The notes beneath the pieces were generated by a model. That model was not told the DNA's origin. It worked only from the letters and a program-made list of their open reading frames with translations, and did not search any database. A stretch of 62,165 bases of DNA, the filler included, from Babesia bigemina (Eukaryota), in the NCBI RefSeq assembly GCF_000981445.1. It is 5 parts of 5 records of this genome, joined end to end, with 100 filler letters (N's around TTAATTAATTAA, not from the genome) between each part and the next. Parts side by side here need not be neighbours in the genome. Positions count along the whole stretch, not along the records: positions 14,775 to 27,251 come from NW_012237242.1; positions 27,352 to 39,744 come from NW_012237243.1; 3 more parts are not named here. The stretch is one strand, 5' to 3'. Position 1 is the first letter of the stretch, and every line of letters starts with the position of its first letter. Shown here piece after piece: positions 21,164 to 32,512 of the stretch. Both the position numbers and the translations under genes were made by a program.

Positions 21164-24100
21164 TTACGGTTGCAGGTAAAACACCCTGTTAAGCTTGTTA
21201 ACACGTCCAGCAGCAAGGAGTGATTGAGCAGCGATGCGATGTGATGAGGGAGAGTGCAAATGCGATTTGATGTGGAGGAGGTCTAGGCGGATGACCATGA
21301 TGTGGAGCAGGTACAGGACAGAGAGGAGCCAGAGGGCTAGGACAAGGTAGGAGAATGGTTCACGGATTCTCCACAAGAACATGTCGCACTCTCGGAACAA
21401 CGTTTTGAAATACGTTGACCGCAGTACGTTGTACAACTGCTCCATGAAATTGGTACACGTCTTCTTGCCATCCTTCGCGTTCAAAGCTGCTGGAGCACCA
21501 AACGTAAAACCGTACTTATACAACGTAGGCATAGCACCCTTGCACTCTACGATACTGTAGCAGTGGCAATTCGGCGCTTTTGTTTTGTCGTTAACGAGAC
21601 CATGTTGACCACGCCTACAAGTGTCCGCACGCAGACAGGTACGACATCCCCAATCTTGGCAGTAGATGTCCCTGAACGAGTTGTACAGGGAATTGAGATA
21701 ATTCCAGAACGTCCATGGCAAATACACTGCCCATGACAAGTACGTCTTACATTGCGTCTTGGCAAGGTAAGTGTATTGATCGGCGCATAAGGCATACAGG
21801 TACGGGGCGCAGTAGACATTTTGGCCAGAACATGCGGTGGACATTGCGAGACTACAGAGGTCACCTTTTTTGACTTCATTTTCACTGCCGTCAGCAAGTT
21901 TAGTAGTATGTTTTGTTGCGTGGTTACCACTCTGGCTGCTACCATAAGCATCACTCAGCGCGTTGGTCAGCTGGCTGGCATCATCGTAGAGGGCAATAGA
22001 ACGGTCGGTGATAGCGTTATCAATACCTGTTCTTATTAGATGTTTGCCATGGTCATCCCACTTCTTAACAAGCGATAAAGCGAAGCCGAAGTGCTCTGGC
22101 AGCGTTGATGGAGGCTTTGAAACGAGGCTGAAGAGGCATGATGCGACATGTCTGCCGAAGAATTTACTTACAACTTCACACAGATCGCTGCCTGTCTTTG
22201 TAGAACCAGAGAAACTACGGAAGCCTAGAGGTGTCAAACAGGGCATTCCTGGTTTACCACTAGGACACGTAGCACATTTATAGCCACAACCAATGGAACC
22301 AACTTGGTGTGGCAGGCAACCAAGCAAGCTGTCACCAAGGTAGCACATTAATGGCGACGTAGGTTGGCAATTTGGTTGGTAGTTTGGTTGGCACTCTGCC
22401 TGGCACTTTGCTTTGTTCTTTGATTCTTTGCTACAATGCGATTTGGTCGTGGGTATATCTTTGCCGTAGCGACAGTCTGCCCAGCCCATGTCAGATGCGC
22501 CGAAGCTACACTGGCTGTGCAGGAATGACAAAACAGGGAACAAACGGCGAAGGATGTCTAGGATGGTATGCAAGCAGTCATCGCCTTTCTGAGGGTAGTA
22601 GAGGCCAAGTGAATTGTTGGAGTAGTCACAGGTATACGTCGTCTGTTCGTCACCTGTGCCGAGGATGGTGGTCAGCAGCTCATGGGAGTTGGTGCACAGG
22701 TCATTCATCGACTTCATCATTTCTCCGTACGTGATTTTCTGTGGGTACGCTTCTATGTAGTAGGATGACTTGTCGACGTATTCGACTTCAAAGTCGTCCT
22801 GCCCGTCTAGCACCTGTTTTTTGGGCTTAACAAGTAGGTCTGTGAAACCGTCATCTTTCAACGCTTGATAGGCTCTGTTGTACGAAAGACCTGTAAACCA
22901 TACCAACATTTCGTATATACTGCAAGGCGTTTTAGGTTTAGCGTGAATTACGAAGTGACCGACCTCATTATATTGTTGGATGTGTTTGAAGAAGCACGCG
23001 AGTACTGCGATGACATTAACGTCTTTCTTTACTGCAATTGCTTTTTCTTCTTCTGATTTCTTTTTATCATCGTCCTTACACTTTTGAAGATGCTCGTTAT
23101 CTTGGCTGCCTGTGATTGCGCCAATGAGATTTTTGATAATATGCTGACCCATCATCTCACCCGTATTACGCAACTCCCCGTCCTGCTTGGAGTGATCAGT
23201 GGCAACAATATAGCCGTTCCGCTTAAGATAACCGCCTAAACTACTAATGGCATTAATTTGTTTGCCGTACCAGGCGTTACTGCATTTGTCTTTCAATTCG
23301 TCGAAAGCATCATGGACCATCTCCAGTACGGTTATACCTACTTTCGCGCAATTTCTGCCATCTACTGTTAATTTCGCTCCAACGCCTGGGCCGCGACTTA
23401 CCTCCCAAGTAATGTCGTCAGCTCCCGAGTATTTATTAAAATAGGTTTTGTCTAACTCATTTGCCAGCTCTGTCAAACCGCTTTTAAGAGCGTCTAGGAT
23501 GGGACAGGAAGTAGTGCCAAAGTATCGAGGATTGACTTCTGCAAGCGATGTTCTGCATTTATGGAGAAGATTGACAAAATTGTGATCGAAGGTGTAACCT
23601 CCGTTGATGTTATCTTTGATGTGGGTAAATAGCTTGTAGAGCGCATTTCTAATTTCATCAATACCATTTTGATGCGCGATTTTGGCTCCACTCTGTGATT
23701 GTAATGTACGTCCAATATCGGTCCACACGTATGTGACAATTGAATCGAAGTATGTTCTTGCGACGGGTGCTAGAACTATAATCCCATTCTTATCTTTCAA
23801 TGCATTGAGGGTATTAGTATTCGAATTTTTTGAAGTGGCCCGAACACCGCTAAACGTCTTTAGGAAGCCTTTGATTCCTGTCGTCGAATCCGTGTCAATG
23901 ATTTTTGACACTCTTTCAATTTTTTTAGACACTTTAGTTTTCATTTCGTTATACATTCCATAGATTTTGTTGTAATATTGAGCTTTAGCTTCTCTTTGAA
24001 TTGCTTCTGTTTTCACTTTGACCTGATCCCCAACGTATTTATGTATGTCGGAAATGCATTCCATAGCCTCCTTTTTGATAATGGTATCATTAAAGTTTCT

Positions 24101-26515
24101 GGCCGCAACAAGAATGCTTTTGAAGTCGCCCTGTCGATTGTTTTCTAGTATATTTACAATGTCGTTTCTAATCTTCGTTAGACCATGGATCTTAACGTCT
24201 TTGGTCCTAATGGAGAGGGTAATGATATCGCTTTTTTCGATCATATTGCTGAGCGCATTCAAAATCTGCTTCATGCCATCCTTTCCGTGAACTGGCGTAA
24301 CTGACGTTTTGTCTGTTAACTTCTTAACTTCATTGATGAATACAGTGAAACTGCTATTGATTTTGGAAAACGCGTCGTCCAGCCTTTCGACGCTACTATA
24401 TTTAAGACTGACATCCACAGCATCCATTACCTCCCTTTCGATTTCCCCAATCGCATTTGGCAAAATTCCCTCGTCAGTAACGCCTTTGAACTTGCCGGCT
24501 GTAGCGGCAGTCATATTTACGCAGCCAAGGTAACGGTTGAATTTATCCTTGTCAAGCTGGACTTTGGCTTCTACGCCCACACCAAGGTGAAGATTTTGCG
24601 GATCATTTATGCCAATCTCTGCGTCAAGTATTCTATCCACGACGTTTTCGAATGTACTTTTTTCTAAGACAGAGTCTAGCGTTGTGATTTGTCTATTAAC
24701 AGCCTGCAATGCTGTATGGATTTTCTGGCCGTATTTATTTCCGGCGATATCGATGTCATTCCTGAGGTTTTCCACTTGTCTAATAGCGCCGTCCACATTG
24801 GCTTCTATCTGAGAATCACGGATGAGTGACTGGACTTCGTCAGCCGTTTGCTTCAGTACAAGGGAAAGTTGCAGGAGGAGCAGTTTTATAGATTCGGTGA
24901 GATGCGTTTTATACCGCTCGTAGGTCGCATTCTTCGTTACAATTTTTTCAACATTCAATGCAGTCTCCGCCTTGTTAAGTATCTCATCAGCTCGCTGCTC
25001 TAACTCGTCAAACGCCGTCGCAATGCTTGAGAAAGCACTATTAATTTCGCTCAATACTTGTTGTACTGTTGTTCCCTTGCCACTCGGTATTTTCAGCGCC
25101 CGAAGTTTAATCTCTTTCATAATCTCATCTTTGATGGCTTCTTGCACAGCCTCATCGCCCTGCTTTCCATTATGATTCAGGTTACCAGTGAGCTTGTTAT
25201 CCCTAACATACCCACCTATATACATATTTAGCCTAGTGTCATGTTTCAGGATTTTATTAATCCACTCATGAATGGCTCCGTCTTTCTGCGTCAACTTCTT
25301 CCCGACATCTTCAGCATATTTAGCTACGTCTTCAAGCAGCTTGGCAAGATGACCTTCGATTTTTCCACTCCCACTTTTTTTATAAATCCGGCCTACATGG
25401 AAGTCAACGCAGCTTTTTACCCAATCCCAATTATACTCAATACTTTCATCTGGCAAGCCGGTTTTTCGCTGCTTTATATTGCCTCTCAAATTTTCATACG
25501 GCCTTTGAACCTCAGTCTCTACATGACGCCAAATCTTAGATTTGATTTCATCCTTGACCTTCTTCAAATCCTCCTTAAGTGCCGTGTCCATTTGCATCAC
25601 AGCCGAAAGTGCTCGAGAAACAAACGTCTGAACTTGTTCCTTAGCATCCGTTGCAGCGTATAAAAGTGACTCGGCATGCTGTTTCAAGGCATTTGCTGCC
25701 GAGTCCACGGCAGATTTCTCCGTGTTTCCCGGAACCTTTCCGTTTAACTTGTTCAGAATCTTGTCAACCATATTGACGGCATCACTTACTTGCTTTTCCG
25801 ACTCATGTATCCATATATCCAGCGCCATCTTCACATTCTCTAAATCCTGTTGAACGATAGCAATGGGCTTGTTTATTTCACTCTCAAATGCTCTATTAAT
25901 CTTATGTCCCATCTGATCAAGACGCTCTTTAACACGCCGATCCACATTGGTTTTTAACTCCTTTAACCGCTCTTGCCCCTTATCTAGCAAAGCCTTTAAT
26001 TCGTTGTTCGTCGCCGCACCAACGAACCTTTCTATTTCAATTTCCACGATGCTGACGGGCGTTTTCAACTTATTTTCAAGTCCATGGTCGAGGTAAGCAA
26101 GCTGAGTACAACAATAAGTTAGTGACTTTTGAAGACTTTCGGCTGACGCAATGCATTCACGTAGTTTATCGCTAACTTCACCGAGCTGACCAGGTTCACT
26201 AAGTGCTTTAAGTGCAGCAAGTGATGTATCCATGCTTGTAATATTACTATTTTGTAGTGTATTAAACGCCCTTTTAACTGTCTCAGTTCTAAATTCCACC
26301 TCCCTATCCCACTCCCCCAGCGCCGTGCTCACAGCCTCAACGGCCGCAGACAATCCACCAGGTTTGTACATATTGTCTTTAATTTTTTTGAGTGTTTCAG
26401 TCATTTTATCTACAGGATAATACGTTTTAACCGCTTCATCATCTTTCACCGCACCAAGCACACCACTCAAAAATCCCATCACCCCGTCACACAGCCTATC
26501 CAAGTCGGAGTACAC
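21164..26515 (-). CDS. ves1: VESA1-like protein (gene 4; GTGD subtype); first ATG at 26479; homology extends to an in-frame TAA at 26633-26635
   Basis: 1783-aa ORF with conserved motifs, TM and YLQP tail. Confidence 0.85.
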   Translation of the reverse strand: MYSDLDRLCDGVMGFLSGVLGAVKDDEAVKTYYPVDKMTETLKKIKDNMYKPGGLSAAVEAVSTALGEWDREVEFRTETVKRAFNTLQNSNITSMDTSLAALKALSEPGQLGEVSDKLRECIASAESLQKSLTYCCTQLAYLDHGLENKLKTPVSIVEIEIERFVGAATNNELKALLDKGQERLKELKTNVDRRVKERLDQMGHKINRAFESEINKPIAIVQQDLENVKMALDIWIHESEKQVSDAVNMVDKILNKLNGKVPGNTEKSAVDSAANALKQHAESLLYAATDAKEQVQTFVSRALSAVMQMDTALKEDLKKVKDEIKSKIWRHVETEVQRPYENLRGNIKQRKTGLPDESIEYNWDWVKSCVDFHVGRIYKKSGSGKIEGHLAKLLEDVAKYAEDVGKKLTQKDGAIHEWINKILKHDTRLNMYIGGYVRDNKLTGNLNHNGKQGDEAVQEAIKDEIMKEIKLRALKIPSGKGTTVQQVLSEINSAFSSIATAFDELEQRADEILNKAETALNVEKIVTKNATYERYKTHLTESIKLLLLQLSLVLKQTADEVQSLIRDSQIEANVDGAIRQVENLRNDIDIAGNKYGQKIHTALQAVNRQITTLDSVLEKSTFENVVDRILDAEIGINDPQNLHLGVGVEAKVQLDKDKFNRYLGCVNMTAATAGKFKGVTDEGILPNAIGEIEREVMDAVDVSLKYSSVERLDDAFSKINSSFTVFINEVKKLTDKTSVTPVHGKDGMKQILNALSNMIEKSDIITLSIRTKDVKIHGLTKIRNDIVNILENNRQGDFKSILVAARNFNDTIIKKEAMECISDIHKYVGDQVKVKTEAIQREAKAQYYNKIYGMYNEMKTKVSKKIERVSKIIDTDSTTGIKGFLKTFSGVRATSKNSNTNTLNALKDKNGIIVLAPVARTYFDSIVTYVWTDIGRTLQSQSGAKIAHQNGIDEIRNALYKLFTHIKDNINGGYTFDHNFVNLLHKCRTSLAEVNPRYFGTTSCPILDALKSGLTELANELDKTYFNKYSGADDITWEVSRGPGVGAKLTVDGRNCAKVGITVLEMVHDAFDELKDKCSNAWYGKQINAISSLGGYLKRNGYIVATDHSKQDGELRNTGEMMGQHIIKNLIGAITGSQDNEHLQKCKDDDKKKSEEEKAIAVKKDVNVIAVLACFFKHIQQYNEVGHFVIHAKPKTPCSIYEMLVWFTGLSYNRAYQALKDDGFTDLLVKPKKQVLDGQDDFEVEYVDKSSYYIEAYPQKITYGEMMKSMNDLCTNSHELLTTILGTGDEQTTYTCDYSNNSLGLYYPQKGDDCLHTILDILRRLFPVLSFLHSQCSFGASDMGWADCRYGKDIPTTKSHCSKESKNKAKCQAECQPNYQPNCQPTSPLMCYLGDSLLGCLPHQVGSIGCGYKCATCPSGKPGMPCLTPLGFRSFSGSTKTGSDLCEVVSKFFGRHVASCLFSLVSKPPSTLPEHFGFALSLVKKWDDHGKHLIRTGIDNAITDRSIALYDDASQLTNALSDAYGSSQSGNHATKHTTKLADGSENEVKKGDLCSLAMSTACSGQNVYCAPYLYALCADQYTYLAKTQCKTYLSWAVYLPWTFWNYLNSLYNSFRDIYCQDWGCRTCLRADTCRRGQHGLVNDKTKAPNCHCYSIVECKGAMPTLYKYGFTFGAPAALNAKDGKKTCTNFMEQLYNVLRSTYFKTLFRECDMFLWRIREPFSYLVLALWLLSVLYLLHIMVIRLDLLHIKSHLHSPSSHRIAAQSLLAAGRVNKLNRVFYLQP

Positions 26516-26782
26516 AATTCCCTGGCCGTCGTAGCCTTTGGAGTCAGAGTTGAAGCCGAGGAAAGTTTCGAGGCCAGTACAGAGGTTAGTAAGGATGTTA
26601 GTAGGGTTGTTATTTAAGGTATTTTTAAGGTTTTAAATTTCATCAAATTTCTTGTCAAGCTCCCTAAGCGGCACATGGTCAGGGCAGTGGCAAGGGGTGG
26701 AAGAGGGAAGTGAAGGGTGACAAGGCACAAGTTATTGTAATGGTTTAGAAAGGTCATAGCGGTATTATGGCGGGGTAATTCA

Positions 26783-27251
26783 AGCGATGTAGAGTGGATA
26801 AAGGGGCGATGTAGAGTGGATAAAGGGGCGATGTAGAGTGGGTTAAGGGGCGATGTAGAGTGGGTAAAGGGGCGATGTAGAGTGGGTTAGGGAGCGATGT
26901 GGAGTGGATTAAGGGGCGATGTAGAGTGGATAAAGGAGCGATGTAGAGTGGGTAAAGGGGCGATGTAGAGTGGTTAAAGGGGCGATGTGGAGTGGATAAA
27001 GGGGCGATGTAGAGTGGGTTAGGGAGCGATGTAGAGTGGGTTAGGGAGCGATGTAGAGTGGTTAAGGGGCGATGAAGAGTGGGTTAAGGGGCGATGTGGA
27101 GTGGATAAAGCGGGCGATGTGGAGTGGATAAGGGGCGATGTAGAGTGGATAAGGGGCGATGTAGAGTGGGTTAAGGGGCGATGTAGAGTGGGTTAGGGAG
27201 CGATGTAGAGTGGGTTAAGGGGCGATGAAGAGTGGGTTAAGGGGCGATGTA
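26783..27251. repeat. Repeat A array upstream of gene 4, running into a gap
   Basis: Tandem units. Confidence 0.95.
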
Positions 27252-27351
27252 NNNNNNNNNNNNNNNNNNNNNNNNNNNNNNNNNNNNNNNNNNNNTTAAT
27301 TAATTAANNNNNNNNNNNNNNNNNNNNNNNNNNNNNNNNNNNNNNNNNNNN
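27252..27351. other. Artificial assembly gap; the strand switch of the array occurs here
   Basis: N44-TTAATTAATTAA-N44. Confidence 0.98.
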
Positions 27352-27352
27352 A

Positions 27353-30300
27353 ATGAAGGATATGAAAGGAATTATTGATGGTGGTGTCGGCTTCATGTAT
27401 AATGATGCCTTAAAGGATAAAACGAAAGCGCTGAAAGAAAAGGCTGAACACGTTTATTGGAGTTTCAGCAGTACAAAAGATCAAGTGGCGGATATGGTTG
27501 ATAAGGCAAAAACGGACAAAGTTAACGAGTTGACTACCTGGAAGAATGCGGGCACGGATGCTGTTAACAAGGCGAAGGAGAAGTGTAATGTGGTTGTTGA
27601 GAAGTTGACGGCAGATGGAGACAGCAGTCAACAGGGTACTAAAGGATCAGTAAAAAAAGTGGCGGGAGAATTGCAAGCAAAGGCCGATGATCTCAGGGAT
27701 AAGGCGTTCAAGGCAAAGCAGAAAGTTACTGAGTTGGTCGCGCAGGCATTGACGGCAGTGAAAACAATGGACGATGCGCTCAAACAGGATTTGTTTGCCG
27801 TGAAAGGTAAGATAAAGGATGCGGTTATGGCATTGGGGAAGAAGTTGGATGTGGATGTCAAAAGTGATTTGACGGTGTTGAAGGGGAAAATTACCGGACA
27901 GCTCAATAGTATAGTAAGTAGTGCGTCGGGCTTTAAAGAGAGATTTGACGCCACTAAAAAAGCGATTTATACTGCGATCAGTAAAGTTTACTCAGATATA
28001 ACTGTGTTTGCCCAATTAACTAAGCTAGAAAGCATTGACAGCAGTCTTGCAGGCACGTTGAATTTACTTAATGAGATTAGCAACGGTGAGAAAAATTTTT
28101 TGCAGCCGCTAACGAATTATATTAACGCGTTGAACAGCAACGTTATGAGCCCTTTGACTAAGGCTATGGCAAAAATAGGTGAACAGCTAAATAATAATAT
28201 TGGAAAATGGAATCTACAAGATACCGTCACGATATCAGATAAAGAGATACTGACACTTCAACTCTTCGTGGACGATAATGTTCCGTCCAGTGACTTAAGT
28301 GATCTCACCCGTCTTCTTGGAATCTCACCAGCTATCACAAAACTTGAGATGACAGCTCAAATCAGACCTATTAGAAGATTGATCGAGAAACTTATACAAC
28401 ATCCCGCCAAATTGACAAAAGAAGAACTCATACACTTGCTGAGAGACCTCAGCAAAATACCAGCAGCCGTCTCCGACCACGCCGAGCAGGTTGTGGCAGA
28501 GGTTATGACTAAGATTAAAGAAAACGTCCGATCAGAGATCGGAAAAGTAGCGCAGGCTGTGACGGCTAAGGTCAAGAGGATTGCTGACGGTGTAGAAAAT
28601 GCCAATAAGGATGATGAAAGAATTGACTACTATGATAGAAGCACGGAAAACGCGAGAGGCCTTCTCAAACTGGTGCAAACGTTTAATACAGATATCGACA
28701 CGGCACTTCAAAACTTTAAAAATAAATTCGAAAGCGACTTCTTTAAGAAAACTAACGCGGATCGCACAAGCGGCGATAACTATAAACTGGATGAAATCAT
28801 GCAGAAATTTAACACAACCAACGCTGATCTGATGAATGGTGACCTTAAGCAAAACGGAAAAAATGTGCTTGACGAAAACATCGGTCGAGATATTTTGGCA
28901 GGTTCAGGCGACCAAAATAAAATTGCCGAAATTGCTGATACTTTCACAAAATACAGGCAGCAAATCGTGAGAGATAGCTTGACCAATCCTGACCCAAACC
29001 AGCTACAAGGCTCACTCCCCGCGGCGATCAAAAAGATTGAAAACGATCTGAACAAAAATGCAGATTATTTGAAAAATGTTGACAACGATGGAAATGGCGA
29101 TCAAAACTTCCACAACACAACCTTCTCCACCCTGCGCTCCACCGTCGACACCAGCCTCACCGCCTTCACCGACAATGTCAGGAACCTCGTTAAAAAAGAA
29201 ACCGCCGGCGATGACACTGACAGTGTCCACGCCTACCTGTTGGATTTGGAACGGATGCTTAATCAGAATCCCGTTGACCTTAAGACCGACATAAAATCTG
29301 CCCACAAATCCGTCCAAGGCCTCGTGACGATCAAGCAGGAAATCGACGCCGCGCTCGACGGCATCGACAGCAAAGTTAAAGCGGAGTTTGGTGCTGCAAA
29401 TACAGCCACGGAAAGTGCAACTATTTTCAAGAAATTGTCCGAAGAAGTAACAAATAATCTTAAGGGCTTATTAAAAGCGTTTGCTGATAGAGGCCAAGCC
29501 GTAGAAAAGGCTCTGCAAAAAATAAAGGATGAGAAAATCGGCCGTAAAGAACACGGTGACAAATCTGCGGCTACTAGGGGCACACTCCAAAAAATCCACG
29601 ACGACATCGTCAACGTGCTTCGCGATCAACTGGAACCTGTCATCAAATCGGTCACTGAACTACAAAAATTCACCAAAAACGAAAAATATCGATCCATAAC
29701 CTCCATGTGTGATTTCGTCGACAAGGAAGTCCAAGATGCCACCAACAAACTCATCACCCAGGCCAACAAAAACTACGTGACATCAGTCAAAGACATGCTG
29801 CAGGCCTTTGCCGACAAGGTGCAGAAGGAACTAAAGCCCCTCCCCGGCGAGATTGACACCGACAGGAAGCACGGCTTTAAGGGGTTCATGAGGACGTTGC
29901 AGGGGAAAATCGGAGAGAATGGTGAGACTTCGACTGACAATGTTGACAAACTCAAGGGTCTCATAGGTGAACTGTCAGCAAATGTGAATCACAAGGAGGC
30001 GTGCGCAAAATTGTCGCAAAAATTCAAACAGTTCTGGTCACCACTCCACGTCTACCTCAAAGAAGAGATCAAACGCGTTCACGCAGCTAATAACGAGAAA
30101 ACCAATCCCAAGCCGTCCGGAGAGGAACAGCTCTACACCTCCAAACTCGACGCTGCGAAAACCGCACTAAACACTCTTCTCGATCACATTAGTAATCACC
30201 GCTATAACCACGAAGTGCCCGCCATGCTTGGCATCCTCTCCACTAAAGCCGATGGTCTCCACCCCAAGACATTCAATGAACCGAGCACTCCCCTGCTTGA

Positions 30301-32512
30301 CGGCGTTGGGGAGGGGCTGCGTGAGTTTGCGGCTGTACTGAGGAAGGCGTACATGAGTAGGTATGACGGAGGTGATACAATTAAAAGATGGACACATAAA
30401 GAAACTGGAGAAATTGAGTTGACGCCCAATGGCCGAAATGGTGCTAAGGTCTGCCTGAACGTGTTGTCCATCTTGCATACGGAATTAAACAGATTGGTGA
30501 AGTATTGTCAGTCATCTACCAGAAGTGAACAAATAAATAAATCGACAATTGTTGGCATGTTCTTCCTTGACCAAGGCTACGATGTTTCCGACGATGGCGA
30601 GCAGAATGGTGAATTGCAAGACCACAAGAGGATGACAGTGTTCTTCATCTACAAACGTCTTTTCCGAGATGATGACAGACATATTTTTAAAGACATTAAG
30701 AGAAATGGCTCTCTTCAAAAACTTCACGACTGCCTTCAAACGTACTACCAGGTGGGCCACGTCGCCACTTTTGCCGCCAAGAAACGCCCGTGTAGCATCT
30801 TCGAAATGCTGTGCTGCCTGTCTGGTCTGCAGTGCACCGCTGGTTACGAAGCGATGCTAAATGACGCTCTCAGTGACTTGTTCATAGATCCAAAGCAGGT
30901 CACCGACGGCGAATTGTCGGCAGTGATCGGCGTTGAACCCGTGAAGGCATATCCACAGGCGATGGAGTATGACGGCACACGCGCGGCAATAGAACATCTT
31001 TGCTCCACGGCATATGACCTTTTAGTTTACATCCTCGGCACCGGAAACGCGCATACCATGTACGCTTCTGACTTCTCTAACAACTCACTGGGCTTTCATT
31101 ATCCGACTTCCGGTGAGGATTGCTTAGGCATGCTCATGGACGTCCTCAGTAGGCTATTGCCACCGCTGCAATTCATGTACAGCCGATGTAAGCTCAGCGT
31201 GCAGCACGGTGGCTGGCAAGAATGCGAGTACGGCAAAAACATAAGGACAACCAAATGGCCATGCAAAGAGCATATTACCGACGAAGTAGCGTGCCGACCA
31301 AATAACCAACCAAAGTGCCAACCAACGTCCCCCTTAATGTCGTACCTTAACGATTGCTTACCTGGTCACCTTCCTCACCAATTGAGTTCCATCGGCTGTA
31401 AATACGATTGCGCCAGCTGCCCGTCTACTTCGAGAAAAGGCCAGCCCTGCATAACGCCACTTGGTTTCCGAGGCTTTTCAGGAAGCACGAAGACAGGCAA
31501 AGACCTGTGTGCTATCCTGAGCAAAATCATCGAGAATAAACATCTCGCATCGCTATTCTGCCTTGTTACCAAACCGCCAAAAACGTTGCCAGAACACTTC
31601 GGTTTTGCGTTATCATTGGTTAAGGGATGGTCGAATATTTCAAAGTTACAGAACCAAAACGTACCTAATGTCAGTTTCCAATCAGCGTTTGAAACATCCG
31701 TTCGCGGCTTATCTATTGATCTATATTCAGAACCCTATGAACTAACCAAAACATTGATGAAAGCGTACGGTTCACAGGCTGTTTTGCATGAAGATTGCAA
31801 GCATCCGCACCTTGTCAATTTCACTACCTCGGAAATATGTCGTTACGATGTTGCAGATGTGACCTGCGCTCCCTATCTACAATCGCTATGCGCAGATTCA
31901 TATGAATACATGTCCATCAACAACTGCAGCCTGTACCTATCGTGGGCCATATACCTCTCATGGGATTTCTGGCGATTGCTGAACGATTTGTACAATGACT
32001 TCTGCAACATATTCTGTGCCGATTGGGGTTGCCGCGGCTGCTTGAGAGGCGATACGTGCAAGAAAGGATCGCATGGTCGTACTGACGAAAAAAGTGGGAA
32101 CCCACGTTGCCAGTGTCCATCAATAGTGGATTGTAATGGCGTGTCACCGACGCTGTATCGATATGGATTCAGTTTCTGTGACGCTGTCAAATTGAATGAT
32201 AGTAAATATAAGAAGAAATGCTCCGATTTCTGTACGCAATTGGAGAAACTGCTTAAATCAGAATACTTCAAAGACCTCTTCGATAAATGTGACAACTTCA
32301 TCTGGACCATCAGAGAACCTTTCACCTATCTAGTGCTCGCACTCTGGTCACTCTCCCTCTTCTACCTCATCTGCGTGATGGTTGGCAGGCTGGATGTGCT
32401 CCACATTCGTTCGCACCTGAGGACACCGTCGTCGCACAGGATAACGGCGCAATCATTGTTGGCGGCGGCGCAAGTCGGAAGGCTTGCCAAGATATCGTAT
32501 CTACAACCGTAA
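27353..32512 (+). CDS. ves1: VESA1-like protein (gene 5; GTGN subtype), 5' end lost in the gap; alternative tail ...HIRSHLRTPSSHRITAQSLLAAAQVGRLAKISYLQP
   Basis: 1719-aa ORF starting at the contig edge; Cys-rich domain and TM. Confidence 0.85.
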   Translation: MKDMKGIIDGGVGFMYNDALKDKTKALKEKAEHVYWSFSSTKDQVADMVDKAKTDKVNELTTWKNAGTDAVNKAKEKCNVVVEKLTADGDSSQQGTKGSVKKVAGELQAKADDLRDKAFKAKQKVTELVAQALTAVKTMDDALKQDLFAVKGKIKDAVMALGKKLDVDVKSDLTVLKGKITGQLNSIVSSASGFKERFDATKKAIYTAISKVYSDITVFAQLTKLESIDSSLAGTLNLLNEISNGEKNFLQPLTNYINALNSNVMSPLTKAMAKIGEQLNNNIGKWNLQDTVTISDKEILTLQLFVDDNVPSSDLSDLTRLLGISPAITKLEMTAQIRPIRRLIEKLIQHPAKLTKEELIHLLRDLSKIPAAVSDHAEQVVAEVMTKIKENVRSEIGKVAQAVTAKVKRIADGVENANKDDERIDYYDRSTENARGLLKLVQTFNTDIDTALQNFKNKFESDFFKKTNADRTSGDNYKLDEIMQKFNTTNADLMNGDLKQNGKNVLDENIGRDILAGSGDQNKIAEIADTFTKYRQQIVRDSLTNPDPNQLQGSLPAAIKKIENDLNKNADYLKNVDNDGNGDQNFHNTTFSTLRSTVDTSLTAFTDNVRNLVKKETAGDDTDSVHAYLLDLERMLNQNPVDLKTDIKSAHKSVQGLVTIKQEIDAALDGIDSKVKAEFGAANTATESATIFKKLSEEVTNNLKGLLKAFADRGQAVEKALQKIKDEKIGRKEHGDKSAATRGTLQKIHDDIVNVLRDQLEPVIKSVTELQKFTKNEKYRSITSMCDFVDKEVQDATNKLITQANKNYVTSVKDMLQAFADKVQKELKPLPGEIDTDRKHGFKGFMRTLQGKIGENGETSTDNVDKLKGLIGELSANVNHKEACAKLSQKFKQFWSPLHVYLKEEIKRVHAANNEKTNPKPSGEEQLYTSKLDAAKTALNTLLDHISNHRYNHEVPAMLGILSTKADGLHPKTFNEPSTPLLDGVGEGLREFAAVLRKAYMSRYDGGDTIKRWTHKETGEIELTPNGRNGAKVCLNVLSILHTELNRLVKYCQSSTRSEQINKSTIVGMFFLDQGYDVSDDGEQNGELQDHKRMTVFFIYKRLFRDDDRHIFKDIKRNGSLQKLHDCLQTYYQVGHVATFAAKKRPCSIFEMLCCLSGLQCTAGYEAMLNDALSDLFIDPKQVTDGELSAVIGVEPVKAYPQAMEYDGTRAAIEHLCSTAYDLLVYILGTGNAHTMYASDFSNNSLGFHYPTSGEDCLGMLMDVLSRLLPPLQFMYSRCKLSVQHGGWQECEYGKNIRTTKWPCKEHITDEVACRPNNQPKCQPTSPLMSYLNDCLPGHLPHQLSSIGCKYDCASCPSTSRKGQPCITPLGFRGFSGSTKTGKDLCAILSKIIENKHLASLFCLVTKPPKTLPEHFGFALSLVKGWSNISKLQNQNVPNVSFQSAFETSVRGLSIDLYSEPYELTKTLMKAYGSQAVLHEDCKHPHLVNFTTSEICRYDVADVTCAPYLQSLCADSYEYMSINNCSLYLSWAIYLSWDFWRLLNDLYNDFCNIFCADWGCRGCLRGDTCKKGSHGRTDEKSGNPRCQCPSIVDCNGVSPTLYRYGFSFCDAVKLNDSKYKKKCSDFCTQLEKLLKSEYFKDLFDKCDNFIWTIREPFTYLVLALWSLSLFYLICVMVGRLDVLHIRSHLRTPSSHRITAQSLLAAAQVGRLAKISYLQP

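Noticed and set aside
27353..30000. Resemblance of the helical regions to bacterial Ebh, myosin or SMC proteins
   Set aside because: Generic coiled-coil composition; the C-terminal motifs identify ves-type proteins
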